Positions 37,402-46,701 of a stretch of DNA of 64,000 nt are shown here, piece by piece; within the stretch, counting starts at the first letter, position 1, and each line of letters begins with the position of its first letter. The position numbers and the translations under genes were made by a program. Source of the stretch: Candidatus Shapirobacteria bacterium (lineage in GTDB: Bacteria; Patescibacteriota; Microgenomatia; UBA12405); contig JBAYIT010000003.1 in assembly GCA_041665485.1 (NCBI GenBank), positions 3,146 to 67,145 on the forward strand, written 5' to 3'. The notes below the pieces were generated by a model, which was not told where the DNA came from, searched no databases, and saw only the letters and a program-made list of their open reading frames with translations.

Positions 37402-37995
37402 ATGAAACTACCCAGTTTTTTCACCACTGTCACCCCGCTATCAAAGTATCTGGCCATGTTACTTTTTGTCTCACTGCCATTTATTGGCTTTATACTGGGC
37501 GTTAATTATCAAAAAACAACCGCCATTCCGCCATCAATTACTCTCCCCATTCCAACTCCTAGAATCGAAACCAATCTGCCAACCAAGAGTATTTCCGTTT
37601 CCGATTTTCTTCTTGAAATACCATCGTCTTGGCAATATATTGGCCTTAATCAATATGGCCAAGCCTCAATTATTACTGCCACTACCCCCTATCAAATTAC
37701 CCTTAAACTCAACATTGTTAAAACCGACCTGGACCGCGTCATGAAGGGCGGCAAAGAACTTGGTAAAACAATTGACGGTGGTTTAATTTATGAAGAAGTT
37801 GGTATTGGCGGAGCCAGACTTACTCCCTATATTGTCGTTTACCCCAACGGCGATATTTACAACTTTCAATGGGATTATTCTAGTACCCAACCCGGGTCAC
37901 AAAATCCCGATGGTATCGAACTTCCAGCGACTAACTTTACCCAGGAAGACTTACTATCTATCGTAAAATCTGCGACTACGACAATTTTGAATTAA
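37402..37995 (+). CDS. secreted/membrane-anchored hypothetical protein (197 aa)
   Basis: N-terminal signal-anchor 'YLAMLLFVSLPFIGFILGV'. No known family. Confidence 0.5.
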   Translation: MKLPSFFTTVTPLSKYLAMLLFVSLPFIGFILGVNYQKTTAIPPSITLPIPTPRIETNLPTKSISVSDFLLEIPSSWQYIGLNQYGQASIITATTPYQITLKLNIVKTDLDRVMKGGKELGKTIDGGLIYEEVGIGGARLTPYIVVYPNGDIYNFQWDYSSTQPGSQNPDGIELPATNFTQEDLLSIVKSATTTILN

Positions 37996-38116
37996 CAAAA
38001 TAATTGAATAATTTAATCAATGATTCAATTCGCCTTTTCTTCGTGTTTGCCCCTTGACGAGTAGATTAAAACTTTGTTATTACTATTATGTTAATAAATT
38101 AATCGAATAAGATTTT

Positions 38117-39178
38117 ATGACCAAGAAACCTACAACCGACTCTTCTAGTGCTCTAAAAGACAAAAAATTTGAAGCTGTAAAGCTTGCCATGGAGCAAATT
38201 ACCAAGGCCTATGGCTCCGGCGCCATTATGAAAATGGGCGAAAAGGGCACCGATATGGATGTTGAATCTATCCCCACCGGCTGTTTGCCCTTAGATATCG
38301 CTCTTGGCGTTGGCGGTTTGCCTCGTGGCCGGGTCACTGAGATTTTTGGGCCGGAAGCTTCGGGTAAAACCACCGTCTGTCTCCATGTTATTGCCGAAGC
38401 TCAAAAGCTTGGTGGCACCGCCGCTTTTATTGATGCCGAGCACGCTCTCGAGCCCCGTCGGGCCGCCACTGTTGGCGTTAACCTCGACAATCTTCTTATT
38501 TCCCAGCCCGACAACGGCGAGCAGGCTCTGGAAATTGTAGAAACCCTAGTTCGTTCCAATGCTGTTGATGTCATTGTTATCGACTCTGTTGCTGCCCTTG
38601 TTCCCAAATCAGAAATTGAAGGCGAAATGGGTGATTCTTCTATGGGTATGCAGGCCCGTCTTATGTCTCAAGCTCTGCGCAAAATCACCGGCGCTATTTC
38701 CAAGTCCAAAACCGTTGTCATTTTCACCAACCAAATGCGCCAAAAAATCGGCATTGTCTTTGGTAATCCGGAAACTACTCCGGGGGGGCTGGCTCTCAAG
38801 TTTTACTCTTCAATCCGAATTGATTTGCGTAAAACTGCCAATATCAAAACTGCCTCCGGTGAAATTATTGGTTCCCAGCATCGGGCCAGAATTATTAAAA
38901 ATAAAGTTGCCCCGCCTTTCCGCGAGGCTGAGTTTGACATCATGAACACTGAGGGTATTTCCATCTATGGAGGCTTGGTTGATTTGGCCATCCAATATGG
39001 CCTCATCACTAAAGCCGGCGCCTTCTTCAAAGTTGGTAATGAAAATATTCAAGGTCGTGAAGGAGTCAAAGCTTATCTCAAAGAAAATCCCAAAGTTACC
39101 AAAGAAATTAAGGATAAAATTTGGCAAGAGGTCAAAAATCCCACCAAAAAAACACCAGCCGAGTCTGTGTTAGAATAA
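38117..39178 (+). CDS. recA: recombinase RecA
   Basis: 353 aa with 'GPEASGKTT' Walker A and L1/L2 loop regions. Canonical RecA. Confidence 0.95.
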   Translation: MTKKPTTDSSSALKDKKFEAVKLAMEQITKAYGSGAIMKMGEKGTDMDVESIPTGCLPLDIALGVGGLPRGRVTEIFGPEASGKTTVCLHVIAEAQKLGGTAAFIDAEHALEPRRAATVGVNLDNLLISQPDNGEQALEIVETLVRSNAVDVIVIDSVAALVPKSEIEGEMGDSSMGMQARLMSQALRKITGAISKSKTVVIFTNQMRQKIGIVFGNPETTPGGLALKFYSSIRIDLRKTANIKTASGEIIGSQHRARIIKNKVAPPFREAEFDIMNTEGISIYGGLVDLAIQYGLITKAGAFFKVGNENIQGREGVKAYLKENPKVTKEIKDKIWQEVKNPTKKTPAESVLE

Positions 39179-39304
39179 GAGGTCTATAAGACTCTCAATT
39201 AAAATTTAATCTAACTTTTTATCCAAAATCTTTCTTATGTGTTTTTTCGATTTTCAGTTTCTCCGCACCGGTTGATTTTTGGATAAATAAGTACTGGAGG
39301 TTTC

Positions 39305-40855
39305 ATGTTTGACTCTTTTGTTTCTAAATTTAGGAATGTTTTTGGTGGCGCCGTTACTAAACCAACCGTTGCCCCGCCGGTTGTCGACGATACTAAAAAG
39401 CATCGGGTAGTTTTCACTCCGCCCGTTCCCGCCCCCGTTATTATTGTTGCTCCCCAGCCCCCCAAGCCGGCGATTAAGCCCGAGCTAACCGCTAAAGCCG
39501 AGGCAGTTATCCGCCAAGCCCAAAAAATTGAAGCCGATTTTAAGCTTAAAGAAACCGAGATTTTTCAGCGTTTAAGTAGTCTTAATGACAAAGAAAAATA
39601 TCTTATTGAAAAAGAAAAATCTCTTGACGCCCAATCCGTGGAAATCAAGAAAAAATTAGAATCCGTGGATGATCTGTATAGAAAACAGCTCGATAAACTA
39701 GAACAAATTTCCGGCCTTGATATTGAAAAAGCCAAACAACTCATTCTCTCCAGTACCGAGAAAAAAATGGCCACCTGGATTGCCAAAAAAATCAGCGAAG
39801 CCAAGGATCAACTCAAACAACGTGAAGATGAGCTGGGTAAGGAAATCTTAATTGATAGTATCCGTCACGCCGTTACTGATTATGTTGCCGAATACACCGT
39901 TTCCAACATCACTCTCCCCGACGACAAAATCAAGGGAAAAATTATTGGCCGTGAAGGTCGTAATATCCGCTGTTTTGAAAAAGCCACCGGTGTTGAAATT
40001 GAGCTTGACGAAACTAATGACATCCGCATTTCCTCTTTTGATTCCACCCGTCGGGAAATTGCCCGAATCTCTTTGGAAAAACTTGTCAAAGACGGCCGGA
40101 TTCAGCCCTTAAGAATCGAAGCTATCGTTGCCCAAACTAAGAGCGAAATGGACAAAATTCTTTTGGCCGAAGGCCGAAGGATTTGTCAGGAAGTTGGTAT
40201 CTTTAACCTTCCCGTCGAGTTAATTACTCTGGTTGGTAAATACAAATATCGCTTTTCCTATGGCCAAAATTTGGCCAAGCATACTATCGAGGCCGTCAAA
40301 ATCGCTGTCGCCTTGGCCTACGAGCTTAAAGCTGATGTTAACACTGTCCGCCTTGGCGCACTCTTGCACGATATTGGCAAAGTCATTACTGACCAAGAGG
40401 GGACTCATATTGATGTTGGCGTTGATCTCCTTCGTCAACACCGTCTGCCCGAAGCTGTCATTGCTTGTGTCGCCGAACACCACCAAGATGACTTTTCCAG
40501 TCCCGAATCAGTCATTGTCTATCTGGGTGACGCCGCTTCCGGCGCCCGCCCCGGCGCCCGCTATGAAGTTCACGAGGAATATTTAAAGCGGATGACCAAC
40601 ATTGAAGATGTTGCCAAAGGTTTTGCTGGTGTCCTAAGTGTTGCCGCCTATCAAGCCGGTCGCGAAGTCATGGTTATTGTTGATCCGGGGGCGGTCAGTG
40701 ATGCTGAAAGTGAAGTTCTTGCCCAAAATATCGCCGAAAAATTAGATGAAGAAGCCAAGTGGGCCGGCCAAATTAAAGTTACTGTTGTCCGTGAATTACG
40801 GGTCAGTAGCACCATCACTGGAAGCAAAATCAATAAAAGTGCGGTTAAAGTGTAG
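39305..40855 (+). CDS. rny: ribonuclease Y
   Basis: 516 aa. Coiled-coil N-terminus, KH domain ('GKIIGREGRNIR') and HD domain ('LHDIGK'). The N-terminal TM is weak or absent. Confidence 0.85.
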   Translation: MFDSFVSKFRNVFGGAVTKPTVAPPVVDDTKKHRVVFTPPVPAPVIIVAPQPPKPAIKPELTAKAEAVIRQAQKIEADFKLKETEIFQRLSSLNDKEKYLIEKEKSLDAQSVEIKKKLESVDDLYRKQLDKLEQISGLDIEKAKQLILSSTEKKMATWIAKKISEAKDQLKQREDELGKEILIDSIRHAVTDYVAEYTVSNITLPDDKIKGKIIGREGRNIRCFEKATGVEIELDETNDIRISSFDSTRREIARISLEKLVKDGRIQPLRIEAIVAQTKSEMDKILLAEGRRICQEVGIFNLPVELITLVGKYKYRFSYGQNLAKHTIEAVKIAVALAYELKADVNTVRLGALLHDIGKVITDQEGTHIDVGVDLLRQHRLPEAVIACVAEHHQDDFSSPESVIVYLGDAASGARPGARYEVHEEYLKRMTNIEDVAKGFAGVLSVAAYQAGREVMVIVDPGAVSDAESEVLAQNIAEKLDEEAKWAGQIKVTVVRELRVSSTITGSKINKSAVKV

Positions 40856-40923
40856 TAATTATGTTTGCATTGTGCTGTCCTTTCCGCTATTATTGAAAAT
40901 GAATTATTAATTGAAGTTCAAAA

Positions 40924-41196
40924 ATGACAAAAAAAGATCTAATCGAACTCGTTTCCCAGAAAGCCAAGCTTTCCAAAAAAGCTGCTAAATCTGCCGTTGA
41001 AACTTTCTTGAATGAAATCATGAAAGCTCTCGGTAGTGGTGAAGTTGTTAAACTCTCCGGTTTTGGAACCTTCAAAACCAAGATGTTCAAAAAGAAGACC
41101 ATCAAAGCTATCGGTAGCAAGCAATCCAAAGATATTGCTGCCCGACGCATGCCTCGGTACATCCCCGGCACCAAGATCAAAAAGATGGTGAAGTAA
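40924..41196 (+). CDS. HU/IHF-family DNA-binding protein
   Basis: 90 aa. 'MTKKDLIELVSQKAKLSKKAAKSAVETFLNEI...LSGFGTF' aligns with the HU N-terminal half. The C-terminal arm is divergent. Confidence 0.6.
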   Translation: MTKKDLIELVSQKAKLSKKAAKSAVETFLNEIMKALGSGEVVKLSGFGTFKTKMFKKKTIKAIGSKQSKDIAARRMPRYIPGTKIKKMVK

Positions 41197-41217
41197 TCCT
41201 TTGCTTTGTCTTTCTAC

Positions 41218-41246
41218 CCCCTCGGTGTACGCCGGGGGGGTATTTT
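41218..41246 (+). terminator. intrinsic terminator after HU gene
   Basis: ccccctcgg-tgtacg-ccggggggg followed by tatttt. Confidence 0.5.
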
Positions 41247-41262
41247 ATTGCTAAAATACACC

Positions 41263-42336
41263 ATGTCCAATCTATCAATTGCCATTGTTGGTTTGCCAAA
41301 CGTTGGCAAGTCCACCCTCTTTAATGCCCTCCTTGGCCAAAAAGTTGCCGATGCCAGTAATTACCCTTTTTGCACTATCGATCCCAATGTCGGTGTGGTT
41401 GGTGTTCCCGATGATAAGTTGCCCATACTAGCCGAAATTGTTAAAACCACAAAAATCGTTCCTGCCGCCGTTGAATTTGTTGACATTGCCGGGCTAGTTA
41501 AGGGCGCTTCTCTTGGCGAAGGTCTTGGCAATAAATTTCTCACCAATATCCGCGACTGCCAAGCCATTTGTCATGTTGTTCGCAACTTTTCCGATCCTAC
41601 CATTATTAAAGAGGGGAGTGTTGACCCCCAAGGTGACTTTGAAGTTATTTGCGCCGAGCTTATTATCAAAGACCTCGAATCAGTCGATAAATATCTTAGT
41701 AGCAACAAAAATAACCCCATCGAAACCAAAACAAAAAAGTTTTTATTCGCTCAAAAATTAAAGCAAGCCTTAGAACAGGGCAAACTAGCCGTTAATCTAG
41801 ATCTAGACGACAAAGAACAAGATCTTTTAAAAGAATTTTTTTTACTCACTGCCAAGCCCTATTTTATCGTCGCCAACGTCGACGAAGACACCTATCAAAA
41901 TATCTCCAGTTACCGATTACCAATTACAGATTACCAAATTGTGATTCCAGTTTGTGCCAAAACCGAGTTTGAGTTATCTGAGTTACCTTCCGAAGATCGC
42001 AAAAGCTATCTTAAGGATCTGGGCATGGAAAAATCTGGTTTAGAGCGGGTGATTGCCAAGGCTTATGAAACCCTAGGCCTTCAGTCTTACTACACCGCCG
42101 GCGTTAAAGAGGCTCGGGCTTGGACTATCAAAGCCGGTAGTACAGCTCCCCAAGCCGCCGGTGTTATCCACACTGATTTTGAAAGGGGATTCATCATGGC
42201 CGAAGTTGTTTCCTATTCCGATTTTGTTGCCAATAATGGCTGGGAAGGCGCCAAAGCCAAAGGCCTCCTTCGCCACGAGGGCAAAGAATATAAAATGCGC
42301 CCCGACGACATTGTCGAGTTCCGCTTCAATGTCTAA
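41263..42336 (+). CDS. ychF: ribosome-binding ATPase YchF (Obg-like)
   Basis: '[16 protein letters not shown]' G1 motif, '[10 protein letters not shown]' motif and a C-terminal TGS-like domain. The ATG at 41263 is preferred over the upstream alternative start at 41206. Confidence 0.85.
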   Translation: MSNLSIAIVGLPNVGKSTLFNALLGQKVADASNYPFCTIDPNVGVVGVPDDKLPILAEIVKTTKIVPAAVEFVDIAGLVKGASLGEGLGNKFLTNIRDCQAICHVVRNFSDPTIIKEGSVDPQGDFEVICAELIIKDLESVDKYLSSNKNNPIETKTKKFLFAQKLKQALEQGKLAVNLDLDDKEQDLLKEFFLLTAKPYFIVANVDEDTYQNISSYRLPITDYQIVIPVCAKTEFELSELPSEDRKSYLKDLGMEKSGLERVIAKAYETLGLQSYYTAGVKEARAWTIKAGSTAPQAAGVIHTDFERGFIMAEVVSYSDFVANNGWEGAKAKGLLRHEGKEYKMRPDDIVEFRFNV

Positions 42337-42361
42337 TTGAATTAAAAATTAAAAATTAAAA

Positions 42362-43291
42362 ATTAAAAATTTATTAATAATCTCCGGCCCCACCGCCACC
42401 GGCAAAACTGCCCTGGCCGTCAAGATTGCCAAGAAATTCAACGGCGAGCTAATTTCTGCCGACTCTCGCCAAGTCTATCGTGAGTTAAATATTGGCGTTG
42501 GTAAAGATCATCCCAAAAACACCCCCATTCATCTTATTGATCTCATTACTCCTGATCAAATTTTTTCTGTGGCGGAGTTTCAAAAATTAGCCCTAAAAGC
42601 GATTGCCGATATTCACCATCGTGGCAAACTCCCCATTTTGGTTGGTGGCACCGGCCTTTACATTGATTCTATTGTCAGCCCCAAATACCAAACTTTTTCC
42701 ATCAAACCCAACAAATTCATAAGATTCTTTCTTAACCGCTTACCCCTAAGAATCCTTCAGTTAACTTTAAAAACTTTAAACTTTACAACTTTCAACTCAC
42801 TTAATAATTCAGACCGAAACAATTCTTATCGTTTAATTCGCAAGATAGAAATAAAACTGTCAAAAAAACCTAAGATTAGAAATTGCGAAGCGAAGCGAAG
42901 TCCGTCTCAGACGGAGAAATTAGAAATTGGAAATTTCTTACACCTTTCTCTCACCGCTCCCAATCAATTCATTTATGACAAAATCGATAACAGAGTTGAA
43001 AATAGACTAAAGTTAGGTCATATCGACGAGCTCAAGTATTTACTTTCTCAATACAATTGGAACTCTCCCGGCCTCAAAATTTCCGCCTACCAATCTCTTA
43101 GGCCTTTTTTTCAAAAAAATAAAAGTTTAGAGGACTGTGTCACAGATTGGAAACATAAAGAACATCGCGATGCCCGTCATCAAAAAACCTGGTTTAACTC
43201 CCGCCCCAATCTAAAGTTCATTGATATATCAAAGAAAAATTATAATAACAAAATAATAAAATATCTAAATCAATGGTTTAAGGAAAAATAA
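42362..43291 (+). CDS. miaA: tRNA dimethylallyltransferase MiaA; start codon uncertain (no in-frame ATG/GTG/TTG before the P-loop)
   Basis: 'LLIISGPTATGKTALAVKIAKKF...ELISADSRQVYRELNIGVGKD' and a later 'YRLIRKIEI' motif. The reading frame opens at 42353 after a TAA. The first plausible initiator is ATT at 42362, giving MKNLLIISGPTATGKT. It is preceded by an (ATTAAAA)x4 tandem repeat at 42341-42368. Confidence 0.6.
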   Translation: MKNLLIISGPTATGKTALAVKIAKKFNGELISADSRQVYRELNIGVGKDHPKNTPIHLIDLITPDQIFSVAEFQKLALKAIADIHHRGKLPILVGGTGLYIDSIVSPKYQTFSIKPNKFIRFFLNRLPLRILQLTLKTLNFTTFNSLNNSDRNNSYRLIRKIEIKLSKKPKIRNCEAKRSPSQTEKLEIGNFLHLSLTAPNQFIYDKIDNRVENRLKLGHIDELKYLLSQYNWNSPGLKISAYQSLRPFFQKNKSLEDCVTDWKHKEHRDARHQKTWFNSRPNLKFIDISKKNYNNKIIKYLNQWFKEK

Positions 43292-43347
43292 ATAGCTAAT
43301 TAGCATGACATAGGGTACAATAATTACACAGTCCCAGTATTTGGTTA

Positions 43348-44409
43348 TTGGAAATTGGTTATTGGGATTTGTTTGGAAATTATTTTTTGTTTATTGGTTA
43401 TTTAATGATGAAACCACAGAGGATTGAGATTTCCTACAAAACTATCGTTTTTATTACCGCCTTTTTTCTTTCTCTTTTTTTACTTTGGAACGTCAGAAAT
43501 ATTATTTTCCTCATCTTCGTTTGCTTCATGTTTATGGAAGCAATAAATCCGGCAGTTTCCCGATTAGAAAAATTCCATCTGCCTCGGGCTGTCGCCATTT
43601 TATTAATCTACTTGGCTATTTTATCTTTTCTCTCTTTTTCTTTTGCTCTCATTATTCCCATTCTTGTCGAACAAACTTCTAGTCTAGTTGATGTTTTGCC
43701 AAGAACTTTAAGTAATATTTCCTTTTTTGGTTTTAACACCAGTAATATTGATTGGAATTCTCAGTTAAAAATTCTCGAAAACCTACCCACCGAAATTGCC
43801 AAAGCTGCTGTATCTTTTTTCTCTAACATTTTTTCCGGTTTCATTATTCTTGTTATAACTTTCTACATGTTGCTCGAACGCCAACATTTAAGTCAATATG
43901 GCTTCCATTTTTTTGGAAAAAAAGGCAAAGCCGTCGTTGTTGAGGTTCTTGAAAAACTCGAATTTAGGTTAAGTAGTTGGTTAAATGCCCAGTTGCTTTT
44001 AATGACCATTATCGGCTTGTTTGCCTATATTGGTTATAGTCTTATTGGTCTTAGTTATGCCGTTCCTCTCGCTATTATGGCCGGAATTCTTGAGGCTGTC
44101 CCCAATATTGGCCCTACCATTTCCACTCTCATGGCCGCCATTATCGGTCTAACTATTTCTCCTATGACTTCCGCTCTAGCAGTTGGTGTTGGTTTGATTA
44201 TTCAGCAACTCGAAAACAATGTCATCGTTCCCCGTTTGATGAAACAAGCAGTTGGCATCAATCCTCTTATTACTATTCTCTTGATTGCTACTGGCGTTAA
44301 ACTGGCTGGGATCGGAGGGGCTGTGCTTGCTCTTCCTGTCTATCTAACTATCGAAGTTGTCGTCAATATCCTAACCAATAATCACAAAAAAGACCAAAGA
44401 AGTCGATAA
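43348..44409 (+). CDS. AI-2E-family transporter (PerM/UPF0118)
   Basis: 353 aa, polytopic, with conserved 'LAIMAGILEAVPNIGPTIS' and 'NNVIVPRLM' regions. Confidence 0.7.
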   Translation: MEIGYWDLFGNYFLFIGYLMMKPQRIEISYKTIVFITAFFLSLFLLWNVRNIIFLIFVCFMFMEAINPAVSRLEKFHLPRAVAILLIYLAILSFLSFSFALIIPILVEQTSSLVDVLPRTLSNISFFGFNTSNIDWNSQLKILENLPTEIAKAAVSFFSNIFSGFIILVITFYMLLERQHLSQYGFHFFGKKGKAVVVEVLEKLEFRLSSWLNAQLLLMTIIGLFAYIGYSLIGLSYAVPLAIMAGILEAVPNIGPTISTLMAAIIGLTISPMTSALAVGVGLIIQQLENNVIVPRLMKQAVGINPLITILLIATGVKLAGIGGAVLALPVYLTIEVVVNILTNNHKKDQRSR

Positions 44410-44660
44410 GCCGGATTTTGTTTATGGGTCATCTGTCTTGTGCTTCCCACCTGGAGCTACCAAAAGCTGGTAAGCGCCCCGTTTTGGAATTGCTGCCGGA
44501 AGGATGCTCGTTGCACTTCCCCTAGTCAGACTAGGATGTTCGTCACTGTGGCCTTGCCCTGGATTACTCCAGCCCCGCCTTTGGCGGGATTCCGTGCTTT
44601 TTGCAGTCCGGACTTTCCTCCCCGATTTGCATCGGAGTAGACCCTTCAACTTCTTTGGTC
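44392..44660 (-). ncRNA. rnpB: RNase P RNA (bacterial, size-reduced)
   Basis: rc contains the P4 strands 'GGAGGAAAGTCCGGACTGC' and 'ACAAAATCCGGCTTATCG', and 'CAGTGACGAACATCC...GTGCAACGAGCA' (AGUGCAAC-like). P1 pairs GACCAAAGAAGTTG (5') with CGACTTCTTTGGTC (3'). About 269 nt. The 3' end overlaps the last codons of the AI-2E gene on the other strand. Confidence 0.8.
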
Positions 44661-44727
44661 TGCCTATTTTACCAAAAAAAACCCCTCCGGTGTAACAACC
44701 GAAGAGGTTTTTAATTCTTCTATAAAA

Positions 44728-44901
44728 CTACTTTTTGAGCATCTCTGCTTCAACTTTAGACAAAATCTTGAATAATTTGTTTCCTTGATAAGTTGCAGTT
44801 GCTGCCAATCTTCCATTTTTGAAAGTCGTCATCTGAACATCTTTGGCATCAACTTCAACGTTTTGCCTCAACTTAACCGAATAAAATTTAATAGTCGCCA
44901 T
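44728..44901 (-). CDS. small hypothetical protein (57 aa) upstream of rnpB
   Basis: rc: AAAGGAGGTGAGGATTA-ATG, encoding MATIKFYSVKLRQNVEVDAKDVQMTTFKNGRLAATATYQGNKLFKILSKVEAEMLKK. Strong SD. Followed by a hairpin plus U-run (about 44672-44715 on the minus strand). Confidence 0.45.
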   Translation of the reverse strand: MATIKFYSVKLRQNVEVDAKDVQMTTFKNGRLAATATYQGNKLFKILSKVEAEMLKK

Positions 44902-45083
44902 TAATCCTCACCTCCTTTGAAAAAAATATATAACAACGATCATCATAACCGAAATTAATCCTAAAGCCAAACCCTTAATTAAATCACGTTTTGTCTGCCT
45001 AGTTTTTATTTCTTCAACTCCAGTCTGGTTCATCTGTTAAAGCCAGTATAGCATGTAAGCCCAACTTTGCTACAATCAAACCA

Positions 45084-45443
45084 GTGAACTACTTTTTTAT
45101 ATTTTTAATTTTTGTCAATCTCGTCCTTATTGTCTATCTTTATTATCTCTTTTACAAAAAAATTATTTCTGTTCCTGTTCAAAAACTAGCTCCGGTCGAT
45201 TTATCATCAAAATCAATAAAAATCCAACTTCAGCGCTACAATCCCTTTTCTAATGTTGGTGGTGATCAGAGTTTTACTTTATGCCTATTGGACAATCAAA
45301 ATTCAGGTGTTATTATTACTTCATTACACACTCCTCACCTCACCCGCATTTACGCCAAAAACATTAAAGACGGTCAAAGTGATGGTGTCTCTCTTTCCAA
45401 AGAAGAGAAGGCTATTTTAGCCAAAACTGTTAAAAATTCTTAA
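45084..45443 (+). CDS. membrane-anchored hypothetical protein (DUF4446-like)
   Basis: 119 aa with a GTG start, an N-terminal TM and 'RYNPFSNVGGDQSFTLCLLD'. Confidence 0.4.
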   Translation: MNYFFIFLIFVNLVLIVYLYYLFYKKIISVPVQKLAPVDLSSKSIKIQLQRYNPFSNVGGDQSFTLCLLDNQNSGVIITSLHTPHLTRIYAKNIKDGQSDGVSLSKEEKAILAKTVKNS

Positions 45444-45447
45444 AAAA

Positions 45448-46701
45448 ATGTCGAAAAATTTACGTTATTTAAGCTATTTTGGCCTTTACCTTGTTGTTTC
45501 CGGTTTATCGTTCATAGCCTTTTCTCGGCTACTTCCTTCCGGATCAATTAAGCCAGATTCGGAAAGTCCTATCACCAATGTCACCACCACTCCCGCCAAA
45601 ACTGGTTTTCTTCAATTTTCTGGTCCCAAAACCGAAACTTGTCCCCTAACCGGCCAACTTTACACTAAAGAAGAAAAAAATCTTTGGTCTGTTCGTCGCC
45701 CTCTTGTGGTTATGATTGAAAATCACGCCGATTCTCGTCCTCAATCCGGTCTCAATATGGCCGATGTGGTTTATGAAGCCATTGCTGAAGGCGGTATCAC
45801 CCGTTTCATGGCTGTTTATTACTGTGCCGCCACTAGTTCCGACACTAACTATGACGTCGGTCCGGTTCGCTCTGCACGTACCTATTTCCTCGATCTCGCT
45901 TCTGAATACGCCGATTACCCTCTTTATGCTCATGTTGGTGGTGCCAACTGTAGCGCCCCCAAAGATCCTGTCACTGGCCAAAGCTTTGCTTGTACCACCG
46001 ATCGTCGGGCTCTGGCCATAGAGCAAATTTCTGACTATGGTTGGACCAACAAAGACACAAGGGGAGACCTTGATCAATTCTCTCTTTCCTATAAAGTTTG
46101 TCGTCGTGAGCCAGAACGTACCGGTGAAGTTCGTGATACAGAACACACGATGTACTGTTCAAGTAAAGAACTGTGGAACACGGCCGCTACTCGAGGACTA
46201 ACAAATATAACCGAAAGTTCCAAGAAGTCGTGGGACAAAAATTTCTCCACTTGGAAATTTGGCCAAGCTGAATCATCTACTTCAGGGTCAGTTGTCAATA
46301 TTGCTTTCGATTTCTGGTCTGGCTATAAAGACTACTCTGTTGCTTGGAACTATGATCCAACTACCAAAATGTACAGTCGATTGAATGGTGGCAAAAAGCA
46401 TATTGATTTCGTTGATGGTCAAGTTATTTCCACCAAAAATCTTCTGGTTCAATTTGTTCCAGAAATTAAGTCGATTGATGTTCATGGCCACAATCTTTAT
46501 AAGGTCGTTGGCTCGGGTAAAGGTATTCTCTTTCAGAATGGTAGTAAGGAGGAAATCACCTGGTCCAAAGCTAGTCGTACTGCCAGAACCATTTACAAAA
46601 ATGCTTCCAGCAAAGAGGTCGATTTTGTTCCCGGCAAAATCTGGATCGAACTTCTACCTTTCGGTAACCAAATAAGCTATGAGGCCATCCCACAGTCTTA
46701 A
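45448..46701 (+). CDS. DUF3048 (YerB-like) secreted/lipoprotein
   Basis: 417 aa with a signal-anchor. 'RPLVVMIENHADSRPQSGLNMADVVYEAIAEGGITRFMAVYY' is diagnostic of DUF3048. Confidence 0.6.
   Translation: MSKNLRYLSYFGLYLVVSGLSFIAFSRLLPSGSIKPDSESPITNVTTTPAKTGFLQFSGPKTETCPLTGQLYTKEEKNLWSVRRPLVVMIENHADSRPQSGLNMADVVYEAIAEGGITRFMAVYYCAATSSDTNYDVGPVRSARTYFLDLASEYADYPLYAHVGGANCSAPKDPVTGQSFACTTDRRALAIEQISDYGWTNKDTRGDLDQFSLSYKVCRREPERTGEVRDTEHTMYCSSKELWNTAATRGLTNITESSKKSWDKNFSTWKFGQAESSTSGSVVNIAFDFWSGYKDYSVAWNYDPTTKMYSRLNGGKKHIDFVDGQVISTKNLLVQFVPEIKSIDVHGHNLYKVVGSGKGILFQNGSKEEITWSKASRTARTIYKNASSKEVDFVPGKIWIELLPFGNQISYEAIPQS

Noticed and set aside
42379-42570. Apparent frameshift in the N-terminal part of miaA
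   Set aside because: This was an artefact of my first mis-transcription of the line break at 42420/42421. Re-reading shows the P-loop and downstream motifs are in one continuous frame. Only the missing canonical start codon remains notable.
42760-42800. AACTTT-type repeat inside miaA interpreted as an insertion
   Set aside because: The encoded residues (LKTLNFTTFNSLNNSDRNNSYRLIRKIEI) align with a normal MiaA region of similar length (LxxxDPxAAxxIHPNDxxRxxRALEV). This is therefore more likely chance similarity in AT-rich coding sequence than an inserted element.
44422-44695. ORFs 44422..44649 (minus), 44440..44640 (plus) and 44504..44695 (plus)
   Set aside because: These fall entirely within the RNase P RNA gene, and their GC-rich translations are artefacts of the structured RNA.
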